Assembly: GCA_008632985.1 (NCBI GenBank)
Contig: QPGO01000040.1
Location: 315,719-379,718 of the forward strand
DNA length: 64,000 bases
Direction: 5' to 3'
DNA from: Psammoneis japonica
Lineage: Eukaryota
Shown here piece by piece: positions 12,506 through 25,899 of this stretch (positions within the stretch are counted from its first letter, which is position 1; each line of letters begins with the position of its first letter). Under the pieces are notes generated by a model. That model saw nothing but the letters and a program-made list of their open reading frames with translations, was not told the origin of the DNA and ran no database searches. A program made the translations under genes and the position numbers.

Positions 12506-14989
12506 AGAGCACAAGAGGATGAGGCAAGGGAGGTGCACACCAACAACAGGAAATGTGGACGTGCCACGCATGCAAGGAGCAGTTGGAGAATGGAGCAACA
12601 CCTTGCATTGAATGTGAAAAAAAGTGCCACAAGACATGCTCATTGCAGTTGGACAATGAACAGCACTGGTGCTGTGGTTGCGCCCAACCAAAGGACAGGC
12701 AGAGAATCACAAGCAACGTGGAGTGCAAGGTGCATGAACACACCAAGTTGTCACACTTCAAATGGTGTGAGACACTGTGGGAGCTTGTTGATTTCAAATG
12801 CAAACATTGTAAAACCAAGTGGACAGAGAACGACCGCAGAGCAGGTCACATGTGCGATGCAAAAAACAATGGGTGCTGCGGGGTGGCACATGTTGCATTC
12901 CTTGCGGCGACCAACAGTTGCAGACTGGGGGCATCTTTGGAAGAAACAAAAGAAGGGAGCATGAACTTGCATGGATGGGAGCGGGTGCAGGATTTGGCAG
13001 AAGCAAAAACAACAAGGTGGCAACAGGAGCAGCAAAATGGTGCACTGCAGCACTGACAGTTGATGCATGATTGTTGCATCGAACGTCAAATTGCACAACA
13101 TCAGATTTTGTGGTGTGCGGCCAACCTGAAAACCACATGCAGAAAATGACAGCACAAATGCTGAATTGAGAGTTTGGGTGTGACGTCCATGCAATGTGGA
13201 TGACATGCATCGAAAGTTCTGACATTGCAATGGTGACGTCATTGCCAGCACTTGGGGGGAATCTGACATCATGACATGGTGTCACACCATGATGTTGACA
13301 AGTGTTGCAACTGGAGCAACTTGCATTCTTGGGCAACACCATGGAATGACAAGTCAGGGAACTTGCCTTGACATGAGAACCCTTGACACAGGGCAACACA
13401 GATGGCAAACCCTCAAGTTGCGGGAGGGCCCCTCTGCATGTGGCAGTGAAGGGGTCAAGGGCCAAGATGTGTCAAGGGGGGCACAGGCTCAAGTTCAAGA
13501 AACAGGCTGGCATCTCGCCTCAACAGAAAAATGTTTAACATCCATTGTTTAAGATGATTTTTTACATGCCCATTTGCAACCTTTTTGGCAAATGTTTGGT
13601 CCATCATCTGTCCATCAGATCATGGATTTTCATGACCCTTAAAGTGTTTTTCACCGCGACACAGCACGGCACAATGGCGCCGTCACGCCGTCGCGATTTT
13701 GAGCACAATGGAAGGTGGGGCATCGGTTGCCGATGATTGCTTTGGTCCCTTTGGACACTCTAAAGGCTCGAATGCGTCATTGGCAACCAATGCCCCACCT
13801 TCCTTCATTGTGAAAATGCCGTCTCTTTTTCGCCATGGCCGCACCACGCACCATGCGTTGAGCGATCTTGCGAGTGATGACAAGGCACCTGCATCTCTGC
13901 GTGATTCAGTGCTCGTCGTTTGAATTTCCAATTTTCTCACACCAACATCATCAACTGTCATCGTCATTCGTGCAGCCATGGCATCCAGCAATGAAAAGAG
14001 CAGCAACACAGGAAAGAAAAAAACTTGTTGTCCTGTTAAAAAGAGAGTCAACAATGCTCTCATTCTCTTGACGGCACACGTCTGGGCAAGCTTTGATGGG
14101 AAATGGCTGTGCAAATGCAGGAGACATTCGCCGTGTGCTCCAGGTTAGCGGCATTCCAGGCGGAACAGCCCAAAATGACACACCGGATCCAAGGGCTTGG
14201 TTGCATTCTGCAGAAAGTCCAACAACAATGAAAGGTGCTGCCATTCAGCAAAATTTGAATCAGATCCCGACACTCCCGAATCTCAAGCCCACATTCAAAT
14301 TGAGTCATTCCGGATGGACTTGTTGGCGTGTGGTTTGTGTGATTCCCTTGTTGAATCCATTGATGCTTGCATGTTGCACAATCTACCATGAAGTCATGCA
14401 ACAAGGTGGACGCTGCTTCAGAATGGAGCAACCCATTTTATGGCAATTGCAATTACAGCGGTGTTGTTTTTTTCAACTGCCACTGCAACTGGTGACATTG
14501 AATCTAGAGTTGCAATTCACAATGTCATCACATTCTTTGAAATCATCACATTCTTCAGACGACTCAGCTGCCAGTGCAGTTGTCATGGTGTGCAAAGAAA
14601 CACCTCTCGCTTCAGTGTTGGAGGAGGGAGAAATAAAATTCTCAGATTGCACGTAATTTCAGTGCTTGAACACACGTGGAAAAGACAGCAAAACGATGCG
14701 CAGGCCAACCCACATTCGCAAAATGGGGCTCACGTGGTGGCCCTGCATGCCAGCCTGTTTCTTGGCCTTGAGCCTGTGAGGGGGGGGACTCCCCCCCCCC
14801 CAAGTTGGGCTGCATCTCAGGGGAAATGGTTTTCTGTGCAGCAGCATCACACTGCATCCTCAGGAGGGAAGCAAGTTGCAAAGTCACAGGAACACAACTC
14901 AACAGGACAAGCAAACAGACCACTCTCAACGACTCTTCTCAGCGTGCATCACAACACACCACTGCATCTTGACAAGTTGCGCGCGCACC

Positions 14990-16160
14990 ATGAATCCTGT
15001 CCTCTGGCTGCCGCCACTTGCATTTGAGGATGCTGCGAGGCTCTGCATCTGCATTCTCCTGTTGGAGGAAACATGGAGCAGTGGAGACATTGAGAATGTT
15101 GCGGGGGTGGCACAAGCCGTTCTCAACACAAGTCTGTCTGAGAAAGTCAACAAAAGGAAATGCCATGCCAGTGCAAACATCTGTGATGACAAAAAGCAGC
15201 ATGGCAAGAAATGTGCCAAGCCCAATTGTGACTCAGCTTTTTCTTCAATCACAAGGCACCACCTTGGCTCAGATGAAATCACACCACAGTTCAATGACAA
15301 GCAGTTTGAGCACTCCTTCAGAGTCACAAGGACAGCAGTGTTTCAACATGTTCTTAACCAGCTCTGTGGGTGTGACAGTTTTTTTCTTTGCAAATTCAGT
15401 GCTGCCAAAAAGCCTGGCATCCACTCTGAAGCAAAGGTCCTGGCTGCTGCTCTTAAGACCGTTTGTTGTGGCATGTCTGCCAGCTGTTTCTCTGATTGCT
15501 TTGAAATGAGAGAAACAGCACCAGGTGATTCAGCAAAGCACTTTGCACAAGGAACAAGGCACTTGCATGGCAAGACTCACCTGAGGAAGATGACCCAAGC
15601 CGATGCTGGTTGGGTGGCCAAGGAGCCACACAAGGAGACATTCAGCACGCAAGGATTCTTGGGATGCATTGACTGCATGCATGTGTTCTGGAAGAACTGC
15701 CCCATGTCATGGAAAGGACAGTGCCAAGGAAAAAAAGGAAAGCCATTGCTGATGTCACAAGCCATGTGTGACTGTGGCTTGTGGATGTGGCGTGCTGCCT
15801 TTGGATGCACTGGGACATTGAATGACATCAACACATGGGACCAAAGCCCGCTGCTCACTTGGATGCTTGACAGCGCTTTTGAGAACAAACTTGACCATGT
15901 GTGCAAAGTTGCATCAATCCTTTCACACAATTGCTCATTCTTGTTGATGGAATTTGTCCAGAACTTGCAAGCAAGATTCGTTTGCAAGATTTGTCAAGAT
16001 GACATCAGAGCCTGTTGGTTGCTCCAAGAAGTGCTTTGCTGTGTGGCAAGAAGTGGCAAGAAAAATGATTGAGCAAGCATGCGGTGTGTGCTCCAGAGAA
16101 AATTTTGCTGCCTTGCTGTGCCCACAGAGTTGTGGTGCACTGCTGACATTGAGGATCTAG
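14990..16160 (+). mobile_element. PIF/Harbinger DDE transposase pseudogene
   Basis: FEHSFRVTR..., GFLGCIDCMHVFWKNCPMSWKGQCQGK...DCGLWMWRAAFG..GTLNDINTWDQSPLL match the Harbinger motifs (DCMHW.WKNCP..W.GQY.GK, NDIN). Frameshifted after ~15,910. Confidence 0.88.
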
Positions 16161-19100
16161 CCTTTTGTTGCATCATTTGCATGACATGATGGTGGAGCAT
16201 CACATTTCAAATTCAAATGACCTGGAAGACAGCCATTTCTGCCAGTGTGCATTTGATGCACCTGCCACTGCAGGATCTGCCACAGGATCCGCTGCAGGAT
16301 CTGCCAATGGAGCCTCTGCTGGAGCCGCCGCTGGAGCCACCACCAACATTGGTTCTGGTGGGAAAGACATGGTTGCATCTGTGGAGCCCAATGAGTTGCG
16401 GAAACTTGCCGAGCTCAGACAGGAGGTGGCTCTTCAGTTGCGCAAGGACTTGCACAATGCTGAGCAGCACTGCCACCTTCATGCTGTGATTGTCAAGCAG
16501 CAGGTGCATGAAAACACCAATGCCACACAGCACTGTGACTGCTCGCAGGGCCCAAACCAACATTTTGGCCAGTCAGCAGATTGCTTGGTGACAGTCTTGT
16601 TCCAGATGGACTTGGAACATCTCATGCTTTTGCAGCCTCTCTAGACACTGAAGTTTCCTTTGCAAAAAATGGCAAGTGTCCATCTCACAAATGTTTTGCA
16701 ATGATTGCTCATTTGCAATTTTTGCTTGCAGCTCTGGAGGGTGGATCACATCCAAGGCCCAATTTGCAATTCACTTGCATGAATCGTAAATCCAAAAAGG
16801 GTTGCCAGTGCAAAACCCCCCTCTAAATGTGGTTGTTTGTAGAACGCAATGTGCAAGTCTGCCACACACCATCTGTCTGATGTGTGTCAAATGCGGCACA
16901 AAAAAACTGAAGTTTCACGTGCCAGCACAAAACTTTTGTGGGTGCAAAAGATTCCTGATGCTGCCAGTGGCAAGCAATGTGCTCACATGCCAGTTTGAAT
17001 CTAGGAAACTTGCAAAAAATTGGCGTTGACCATGGTGGAATCTTCAACTCAACCATGAATTTTTTTGCAAAAATGAGCGGTGACGCCTTGCCAATGCTGG
17101 AACCTTCATCAAGTCTTTGCCAAGCAGATGACAACATGCTCTTCATTGTGAGATGCAGCTGCATCATGTTGACCAACAACAAGGTTGTTCCAAGGTTAAA
17201 TGCACCACTCTGATGCAGCAGGATGAGTCATGTCCCTGTTGGGTTGCAGAAAACGGACAAGGTGGTTGATTTGTGTTGTTGATTGTTAGCGTCATCTTGT
17301 CATCAAGCATCATTGCAGCTGAAAGCATCTGCAATCTTTCCATTGCTGTTGCCTCAGTTTTGAGACCCAAAGCAAGGAAAAAACAGCAGCCATTGCAGAA
17401 GCAGCAGAAAAAAGCAACTTTTTCTGATGAAGCACCAATCCATTCACAGAAGGCTGGAACAGGAGCACCAGCTTCTGTGTCCATGGCAGGCCACACTCAT
17501 GGCAATGTGACAGGGCTTGTTGGAATGTGGCCAGGTGCAGCCCATCAAAAAAGCTGCAGCAGAGTTTTCCAAACTCACACGTGGCCTTTGTGCACACCAC
17601 GGAGTGTCTCTGTCCCACATTTGTGCAAATGCGAGTCTGTCACTGACTGCTGCATGTGTTTTTTATTTCCTCCACCAAAATGAGGTGAAGGAAACATTTT
17701 TAGAGTTGCAGACATTTTCAACCTTTGCAAATTTCTGCTTGATGCACTCAACAAGCTTGTTTGTGATGGTGATTGCATCAAGTCATGAAGCTGAGTGCAG
17801 AAAAGGATTTGACAATGACTGTGGTGGAGAGGGACACATGAGAGTTTGCACAAAATTAAAAGAACAACAGCACACATCATTTGTCACACCTGTGTTGCAT
17901 CAGCACACTGCTGTGTGTCATTTGCTTGTGCCAGCGACCATGTGCTGGACTGGCATGATGCGCATCTACAAAACACATGGTGTTCAGAGCTTGTGTGGAG
18001 TCTTTTTGTCAGCAATGATGACTGTGCAGAAAAAAAGGAAGGGGTGCACAAGAGCTCATGTGGCATCTTTTAAAAGAACGACATGTCTTTCATTTGCTGA
18101 TGCCAGACAACTGCTGGTGAAGATGCCAGCTCACATCCACATGACAAAAATCAGAGCACACAGTTTCTTTGTTCACCTTGGAAAAGGACTGGATGAGAGT
18201 TGACACAATGTGTCAGTCAGCACTTGAATTTTGTTTCTTTGTTCATGGTGACAAGACTGCATTCTTCATGATTGAGAAGAATGAACAATCAAGATGCCTG
18301 TGCCTCCCTCTGCAGAGATCTCTGCAAGACCCCTCTTCCTGCTGTTGTGTGATGGATGCACCTGCCAGCTTCACAACGCTTGCTGCACCTGCCACCAACA
18401 CCAGCCATTGTCTTTCTTAGACCAGAGCTTGTCTTTTTGTTGAGTTCTTCCATTTTGGCAATGCCATGCTCAATGTTGTCATGCCACTCCAAAGCTTTGA
18501 TTGCCAACCCTCTGGAAAGCTCTGTGCCATCAGCCCTCGTGAGGTTGTCTGCTGCAGTGCATGCAGCACTTGTCACTGTGGTGCCACTGCTGCTGGTGGA
18601 CGACATCACAGTTGGTGCAGACTTTTTCTTGGTGCATGGATTGACAACAATGCTTGGCATGTTCAATGTTTTGTGTCTCACTCAGCATCTCTGTTCACAC
18701 ACATTGGTTGCATGATGCCATTGTGTCTTGGCAGCTCCACCCAGCTCCATGTGTGCTGTTGAAGCAGCACAATGTGACTGAGATGATGATGCAAGCTGTG
18801 GTGCAGAGCACAAGGCAAGCACAAGCACTGGCACTTAAGATGAGCTGGTGCAAGCGGTGGTGCTGTGCATGCTGCACCACCTCTCACACAGCTTTTGTCA
18901 TGCACCCAGGGACAGACCAAGTTTCACACAATTTGCATCTCAGCAGTCCCAAGTTGCAACAATTGGCTGATTCCTTCCAAAAAAGGTGTCTTTGTGGAGT
19001 GAGTCAGTGCATGTCATGGCCATGGTGGCAGCAACTTCTCTGGTTCTCAATCTTCTCCAGAACAAGAAGCTGCAACTCTGTGTCTGCGGCTGACACACAC

Positions 19101-19764
19101 CATGAGCCCTGAGCTTGGCCACTTGGTTGCAGCACCTGTTCTCAACTTGCTGCTCTTGACACTTGTGCTGGTGAGCAAGCCAAGCCACTCAAGCATCAAT
19201 GAATCATGGCCTCTGAGAGAGCCCTCAGTTTCGGAAAACTTTCAACACCAGCGAACAAACACACACCAAAGGAGCTGAACAAGAGCTGTTTTGTTGTGTT
19301 GGAGAAAATGGAGAAAAGGTGCTTGGCTGCATCAATGACAAAAAATGTGTCTCTCCTGACACATGCACAGGTTGATTGGTGGAACTCATCGCATTCTTGA
19401 CCATGCTTGAGTGGAGAATGTCAAGCTGGACAGAGCTTGCAGTGCCAGTCAAAAAGATGAAAAAGACAAAGTTGAGCTGCACAGCTGTTTGAGACATGCA
19501 CCACACAGGCCAACATGTCTGCTGAGCTGTGCACTCTGACCCCAAAGGGCAGTCAATCAGTGACAGATCACCACTCTGATGCTCCAACTGTTTCAGAAAT
19601 TGTGAGAGGAAAACAACCACAAAATGTGAGCAAAGGTGAAGATCTCAGCAATGATTGTGTCTTCCTTCTTTGGCAGCTGCTGCTCAAGCCATCAGTGAAA
19701 GCAGCTGCTGCACCCCACCATGCAAGAGCTCAACCAATGGTTGACTTGCTTGCTCTCACACACC

Positions 19765-20333
19765 CACAGATTTGGACCAATCCAGGCTGTCCATTTTTCA
19801 TGTCATCAAAGCAAGCTCCCACAGAAACAGCATCTCCAACACGAGAAAGTGACATGCCACAACCAAAGTTGTTGCCAGCTGCTTGTCCAATGATGTTGCT
19901 CCTGCCAAGTTGCCCCCAATGAGAACCACCTCCAACACTGTCATCATCATCCACTCCAACCACAAGTCTTGGTTTGTCACCATTCAATGACAACTCACCA
20001 AACTGATTGCTGCCAGCTTCTCCAAGCAAATGTTGTCCCACAGGTTCCCACTGCTGATTGCTTGATGGAATCAAAACATGGAACACAATTTCTGTCACAG
20101 GGTTTCACTCTGCAGCAACACTCCCATCCAAAGACAACAAAATGGAGTCATCAAAATGACCACAGGAGGAAGCTTGGTTGTTCAAGACCTCTGCCCAGAT
20201 GCTTTCTGTGGCACTCTGATTTCAACCAAATCTTCAAACACAAGTTTTCTCACAACCACACCTGCTGCCTTGAGCTCATTGGTGACAATGGATCTTCCAA
20301 AGGGTTGGCCACCAATGCATTGATTGCCATTGT
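19765..20333 (-). pseudogene. FG-GAP membrane-protein pseudogene, piece 1 (3' part), paralog of 45,790-46,405
   Basis: Direct alignment by eye, e.g. agatttggaccaatcc / agatttggaccgatcc, gctcccacag / gctcctacag, ccaaagttgttgcc / ccaaagttatcgcc. Confidence 0.85.
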
Positions 20334-21300
20334 TGCGACACTTGATTCCAGTCGCCTTGCCCATTTCCTTGTCTTGCATCAAGTCCACCATTTCCACGCA
20401 ATTGGCAATTGCGGCACCCTCCTTGGCGGCCGTCAGGGTGACACATGCATTGGTCCGAGCATCGTTGTGCTGTCCTTTGCAAAAGACTTGAAAGCACTTG
20501 GCATCCTGATCCAGTTGCAGAAATTTGCGCTCAGCCCACTTTTTTCCCACAACATGCAACGGCAGACACGTAAAGCCCAAAAGAGAGTTGCAAAACTTCA
20601 TCATGGCCGGCAAAGTTGCCGGTGCCGTGGCGAAAATGAAGTGCCCAAAGGCCGGTGGCCACGCAATCCAGGAAGCAATGGGCGCCCAATTGCACAAATG
20701 GGGGTTGTGTTCCAACAAGACCCTTCATTGTTTGTGAGCACCCAGCACCATTTTGAATTCGGAAACAAAGTCCCTGGTGGCGTCAATGGGACGAAGGAGG
20801 TTTCGAAAACGAAGCAATGCCGAGAGCGACATGGCAATGCAGCGGATTCCGGCCCAAACCAATTTGGTGCTTTGAGACGACATTTTGTTTCCAAAATTGC
20901 CGTGTTCAATCAGTGCTGTGCTGAGACCATGCGAGGTGGCATCGAGAGTGGCACCCCATCCCGCGGCACCTCCACCCACGACCAACACATCAAACGTCGT
21001 GTTGGATTGGAGGCGTTCCAACTGTTGAGCGCACGTCGGGATGGGCTTGTTGTTTTTGGAAAGGATGATCTGTTCCGAGGAGGAGGTTCATTTCTTCTCT
21101 TCCAGAGAAGTTTTCTTGTCATCCAACAAGCTTGAGTTGCTGAAAAAGAACAGCCCACAAGAGGCAGCACCGGCAACCACACAATCTTGCACTGATGGGC
21201 AGCGGCGCAACTCATCATGGTGAGAATTCTCCAGGACATCAAATGGTGTTTGTGTGATGACGCTTTCCTCATTTTTCTGTTCACGCTGCGAGAGAGTGGT
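20334..21300 (-). pseudogene. FAD-dependent (mitochondrial-type) glycerol-3-phosphate dehydrogenase, 3'-truncated pseudogene
   Basis: FDVLVVGGGAAGWGATLDAT.HGLSTALIEHGNFGNKMSSQSTKLVWAGIR is the GlpD/GPD2 N-terminus, followed by GQHNDARTN...TAAKEGAAIANCVE. Contains stops/frameshifts and Y->C changes. Confidence 0.85.
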
Positions 21301-21927
21301 TTGTTCTGTGGTGCACAACATCATCGTGCTTGTGGCATGCATGCGCACCCGCTTCTGATGCTTCTCAATGGTCTTGCATGGAACAACAAGTGTTGAAAAG
21401 CAATCTGCGCAAGTGTGGTTGGCTCAAGTTTGCAATGATGGGCATTTGCTCTTTGCCCATGTTTCTCCCCGGAATTGCTGATTGGGCTCTGCACAGAATG
21501 TTTGCTCAAATTCTGAAAAACTGTCACTTTGATTCTGCAACCGCACCCGATGCCGCCATTTTTTCTCGAGGGCATCTCTGCAAAAGCCTGCTTTGCAACA
21601 AAGAAGGCCTTTGTGCATGATGTGATGGAACCAATGACAGTGCCAGACAGTCTCTCGTCTTTGGCTGTCTTTGGTGATTGAGACATCTGTGGCAGCGACA
21701 TGATCAAAAAATTTGGCAATCGCTTTCCTGCGCACGTTGTGACAACGCAGGACACCTGACTTGGGTCGATCAGCCAAGAGTGCTGGCTCGTGTTCTCAGT
21801 CAATTTCACTCAACGAGGCCCAAAGAGTGAGGCAAAAAAAATTTCCAACGTTGCAAGACATCTCGCTGGTGCAACAAACCCATCCAAGGAGCCGCCACGG
21901 ACAACATGCTCGCAGGGTTCCCAAGAT

Positions 21928-22307
21928 TTCATTTTCAAAAACAAGTGGCACCAAAAAACTCAAAAACTGACATCATGCGGGTGAGCAAAGTAGATTTTGG
22001 CCATTTTACGAAAAAAATCAAGTAGATTTTTTACTAAAGTCTACTGGATTTCTACCTGTAATCTTAGTACAGTCTGCACGTCACCCTAAAATGTGGAAAA
22101 AGTACAAAGAACCTGTTCTGCATAGAGTCTATTTCGCGCGATAGCGCGCATGACTACCCCAGATTTTCTTGCAGCAGGAGCTCGTTTTCTGACTAATAAG
22201 TAGTTTTCAGGTAAGTAGAAGTAGATTAAGTAGATTTCGAGCTATTTAGCAAAAAAACGTCATGATGTCGGAAGTTGATTTTTTCGGTGCCACTTGGTCA
22301 AAAATGA
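21928..22307. repeat. MITE-like foldback: ~50 bp imperfect inverted repeats enclosing several AAGTAGA(TTT) direct repeats
   Basis: tcattttcaaaaacaagtggcaccaaaaaactcaaaaactgacatcatg (21,928-21,977) matches the reverse complement of catgatgtcggaagttgattttttcggtgccacttggtcaaaaatga (22,261-22,307). Confidence 0.6.
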
Positions 22308-22453
22308 TTTTTTTCCAAATAAAAATAAACTCACGACTGGCCTACGTATTCATGGTGGATGGCAGACAGACGGCGGTGCGTCCACTTTTTCAAAGTCCCA
22401 ACAACCCATTCCCCCGCGATCTTGTTGACTGCTGTGTCCCTTATTTGATCGCG

Positions 22454-24508
22454 ATGAGTCCCAACACGAGCAAGGAAATGAGCGTTTGGGTCCAACTCTA
22501 CATCGGCAAAGAGAAGAGTGGAGATGTCTTTGACATCTGTGAGAATCTGAGGAATGTTAGTCATCTCAAGGAAGCAGTGAAGGAGAAGTGCAAGAATTCA
22601 CTCAAAGACGTTGACGCGCATGACCTCAAGGTGTTCGCCGCGGGTGCACAGCCGGGCCGAGATGAGCCTCTCCGCCCCGACAAGAAGGTTTCAGAGTTGG
22701 ATGAAACAAGTTATGGCAAGCCTCTGGTTGTGGTTGCACGGGGAATGCAGCAGCAAATCGGTGAGTGCATTCTCACGGGTTTCCAATTTGTTGTCGCATT
22801 CTGGTAGTCAATGTATCGTCCAAGAAAATCACTTTGCCAATGTTCTCTCCTGTTCCATATGTTTCAACTTGTTCTGGCTGAAAGTTAACCATGATGGTAT
22901 GTTCCTTGTCGACGTTCAATCGCAAATTCGGGAAATTGCAAAGCGGACGAGTTCAGGTCAAAGAGGATGAAATACGATGGTTGTGCTGAAGCGGTGGCAC
23001 TCGTCAACGCTTTTGAACAAGCCGTGAACGTCGAGTCGGGACATTTAAAATTTGTTTCTGAATTGTGTTCAACTCTACGGAAGCTTTTCTAACTTTTACA
23101 TTCTCGTAACCCGCTTCTAGCGTCCATACAGGCTACTAACGAGTTGCTGCGTGGCGTCAAGAGATACCTGGAAGCTCCCCATGAAAGGCATCCCGGCCCA
23201 ACCCCAATTGAAACTCCAGCAAGTATTGGGTTTATGACAAAGCTAGAGCTGACAGAACACAACGTTTTTCAGCGATTCAAGGAGGTCCCAGGCCAACCGT
23301 CTGTCCTTGATCAAAGCCAGCTTGGCCAGCTATCGGCTGTTTCCGACGAACACCAAGTGATTGCCTTCCTGACTCCATTCTTCGAAGAGATTATCGGTCA
23401 TGATTCCGATATCGGAGTGGTTAATTCAGAAGAGTGCCCATGGCTAGTGACTAGTTCGCACTCATCCAGATTCAACCAGAAACCAGACACCATCTTCTGC
23501 AACAATGCAATATACTCGGCACGCGCTCCTTTCCATACGATAGAACCTGTACTAGTTGGGCTTCGACGCCCGACAGACAAGTTCGGCGCTCTAACTGACT
23601 GGAGGCTTCGTGATTGCATTGATACCACTGGTGAAGGTAAGATCAAAATCGACAACCAAGCTTTTGGCGAAGTGATCAACTACGCAAGACACATTTGCTA
23701 CCATGGGGGTCCCGAGCGCACGAAGCTGTTACTCTTTGATAGGACCGAGTTTTGGCTTGTCTCCGCCGTAAGGGGTGCCATTTCACTCGTTCAGACCTGT
23801 GGCTGGGGCGTCCCGGGATCAAGGCAGATATTGAGGGACTATATTCACCTTGGCCGCTCATCGTGGATCAAGCTTTTAAATGATGCTTGTACTCATTGGC
23901 AACTCACAGTTTCGAGTGATTCGTTTCTCGGAATGGGAAGGTTCGGGCGAGTCTTCAAAGTTTCCAAGCGTGATGAAGGAGGAGGGCGTTCACAGTTTAT
24001 GGCTCTGAAGCTGGTTTTACCAGGAAGGCAGGGTGAACAACCTTTGGAGCTTGATAAAGAAAGAGACTCGTTAGTTCGGACGGCTCAAGTTCTTCCGGAT
24101 GTTGTTGCTCATGTTGAAGGCTTTAATAACTTTGGAGACAATGGAGCCGCGTTGCTCCTTCGTGATGTTGGCGGGAACGTACCACAAAAGGCAAGGCACA
24201 AAGTTTTTGAAGCCCTCGGATTGCTTCATGAAAACGATATCGTACACGGTGATCCTCGTCTTGATAATGCCATTTATGTACAGGAATCAGTACGCTGGAT
24301 TGACTTTCGAACGTCTGCTGTCTTTCTGGACCCAGCAGATATCAAGTTGAAGCGGCGCGACATGACGATTCTTGCGAGGTCTTGTTGCAAGGAAATGTCG
24401 CTCTTAGTTTTGGAACCAATGATCCAGCAATACAACGGGACCAAGGCCTCAGCTCGCGGGATTTCTGATACATTGATGGTCCAGCATCAGCAGGCAGTTC
24501 TAACTTAA
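22454..24508 (+). CDS. Crinkler (CRN/CR)-type protein: N-terminal Ubl-like domain + PD-(D/E)xK REase-like domain + kinase-like domain; exons 22454-22760 and 23121-24508
   Basis: Exon 1 VWVQL...NVSHLKEAVKEKCKNSLKDVDAHDLKVF...PLVVVA resembles CRN N-terminal domains. A phase-1 intron GTGAGT(22761)...TTCTAG(23120) joins the exons in frame. REase-like KPD...GEGK...GEVINY; kinase GMGRFGRVF, ALKLV, HGDPRLDN, IDF. No stops; Tyr retained. Confidence 0.8.
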
Positions 24509-24846
24509 TTACTTGTCTTTCTGCTCTTTCCAGAGAGTAAGTTTTTCAAGTATCCGGTGGTGATCCATGCTATGTATTCGCAATCCCTTTTTCTGCACGT
24601 TACGATATGGCTATCTGCAAATTATGCCTGGGGGTGCCGCGCCGCCACGTCCAGTTTCAAATCCACCTACAATAGTCTAAGTTAATAAAAATGAATAGTT
24701 TTGGAAAAATGACCGTTTTCACGAGAAACCGTCGCCAGTTTCCAGTTTCCACAAGTACCTAGTAGCTACAACCTAGTAGCTACAATGTAGCCTAGCATTG
24801 GGATGTTTAAATAAATGTAAGACTAAGTATGTGGTTAATTTTTTCT

Positions 24847-25700
24847 CTAAAAGTACTGGATGCGTGTGTTGTTCGGTGGTGGCTCAGGAGTTGGAGTTGG
24901 AGGACAATCCTGCAGCGGTGGCTTCTGCTTTCCTGTCCACTCAAGGCGCGGCTTCAAAATGTCAATCTTGCATCGATTCAAACGTCCTCCAAGCCCGCCA
25001 GTTGTTGCCAAGTTTTGTTGACTGGGCCGTTTCTTTTTAATTTGAGCTTCAACCTGGTGGTCCTTCTTCTCGTACTCAAGCATCTTTGCTAGGCACTTTC
25101 TTTGGATGGAGTCACCGTGATCCCAAAAGTTTTTGCTTTTCAGTGTTGGATTCGACAAAGGCAGCCCGCTCCTCTTCTGAAATAACGACATCAATCAGCT
25201 CTAGTGTGTTCGTCACCATGTATTTCTCCGAGAAATTGTTTGGTACCGAAATTTCACTGCATTTACCTGCTTTCAGCAGGCCAAATCGGTGCAACTCCAC
25301 AAGCATTGCAGTTACAGTGGTAGAAGTGCAGAACTTCTCTTCAGCTCGTGCACTGTAGTGCAAACTGGCGACTGCATTGGTCGAGCGCTTGATCGAGCGC
25401 TGGTGCATATCCGTACTAGGCAGCCGAACAACCTGCGGTGCCGAGGGTTCATCACTGCTTGCTGGATCGTGATGCGGGGACTTGTTTCTTGATCCATCTT
25501 CATCGCTGCTCTCTTCATCGAGAGCTCGTTTTAGATTTGGTGGACTCCTCAACAAAGCAAGCTTGGCGGTGGCTGTGGCGTTTGTCTCTCTGAGTTGGGC
25601 CACTTCACCATGCAAGTTTGAGACTGTCTCACAAATTTCGTTTTCCACGGGAAAGTCATTTGGTCAAATGGGCCACGATTCTGCACTACGCGCCGATGCG
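24847..25700 (-). pseudogene. Frameshifted ORF fragment of unknown function (coiled-coil/acidic, probably TE-derived)
   Basis: ORFs 25112-25648 and 24847-25194 appear to join through a frameshift near 25,125. No family recognised. Confidence 0.3.
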
Positions 25701-25899
25701 CATTGTAGAGTTTCAACGCCGCATCGTAGCCACCAGCGGTGCATGTTGCCGTGCCAAGAGAGGGAGTTCACCTGCCATGCTGTTCAGGCAGGAGGTGAGC
25801 GCTGAGACGAGAGAAACAGCAGCGCGGCAACGAAGGATGAAGAGAGATCCGGGCGAAGCGCAGGAAGCGCATGTGACAAGAGAATTGAACCGTTGGAAA

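Noticed and set aside
13550..14650. Possible Myb/NAM-associated second ORF and TIRs of the Harbinger element
   Set aside because: There is only a faint resemblance on the minus strand and I found no convincing inverted termini.
16900..19650. Degenerate coding-like region
   Set aside because: Too eroded to assign to any family by eye.
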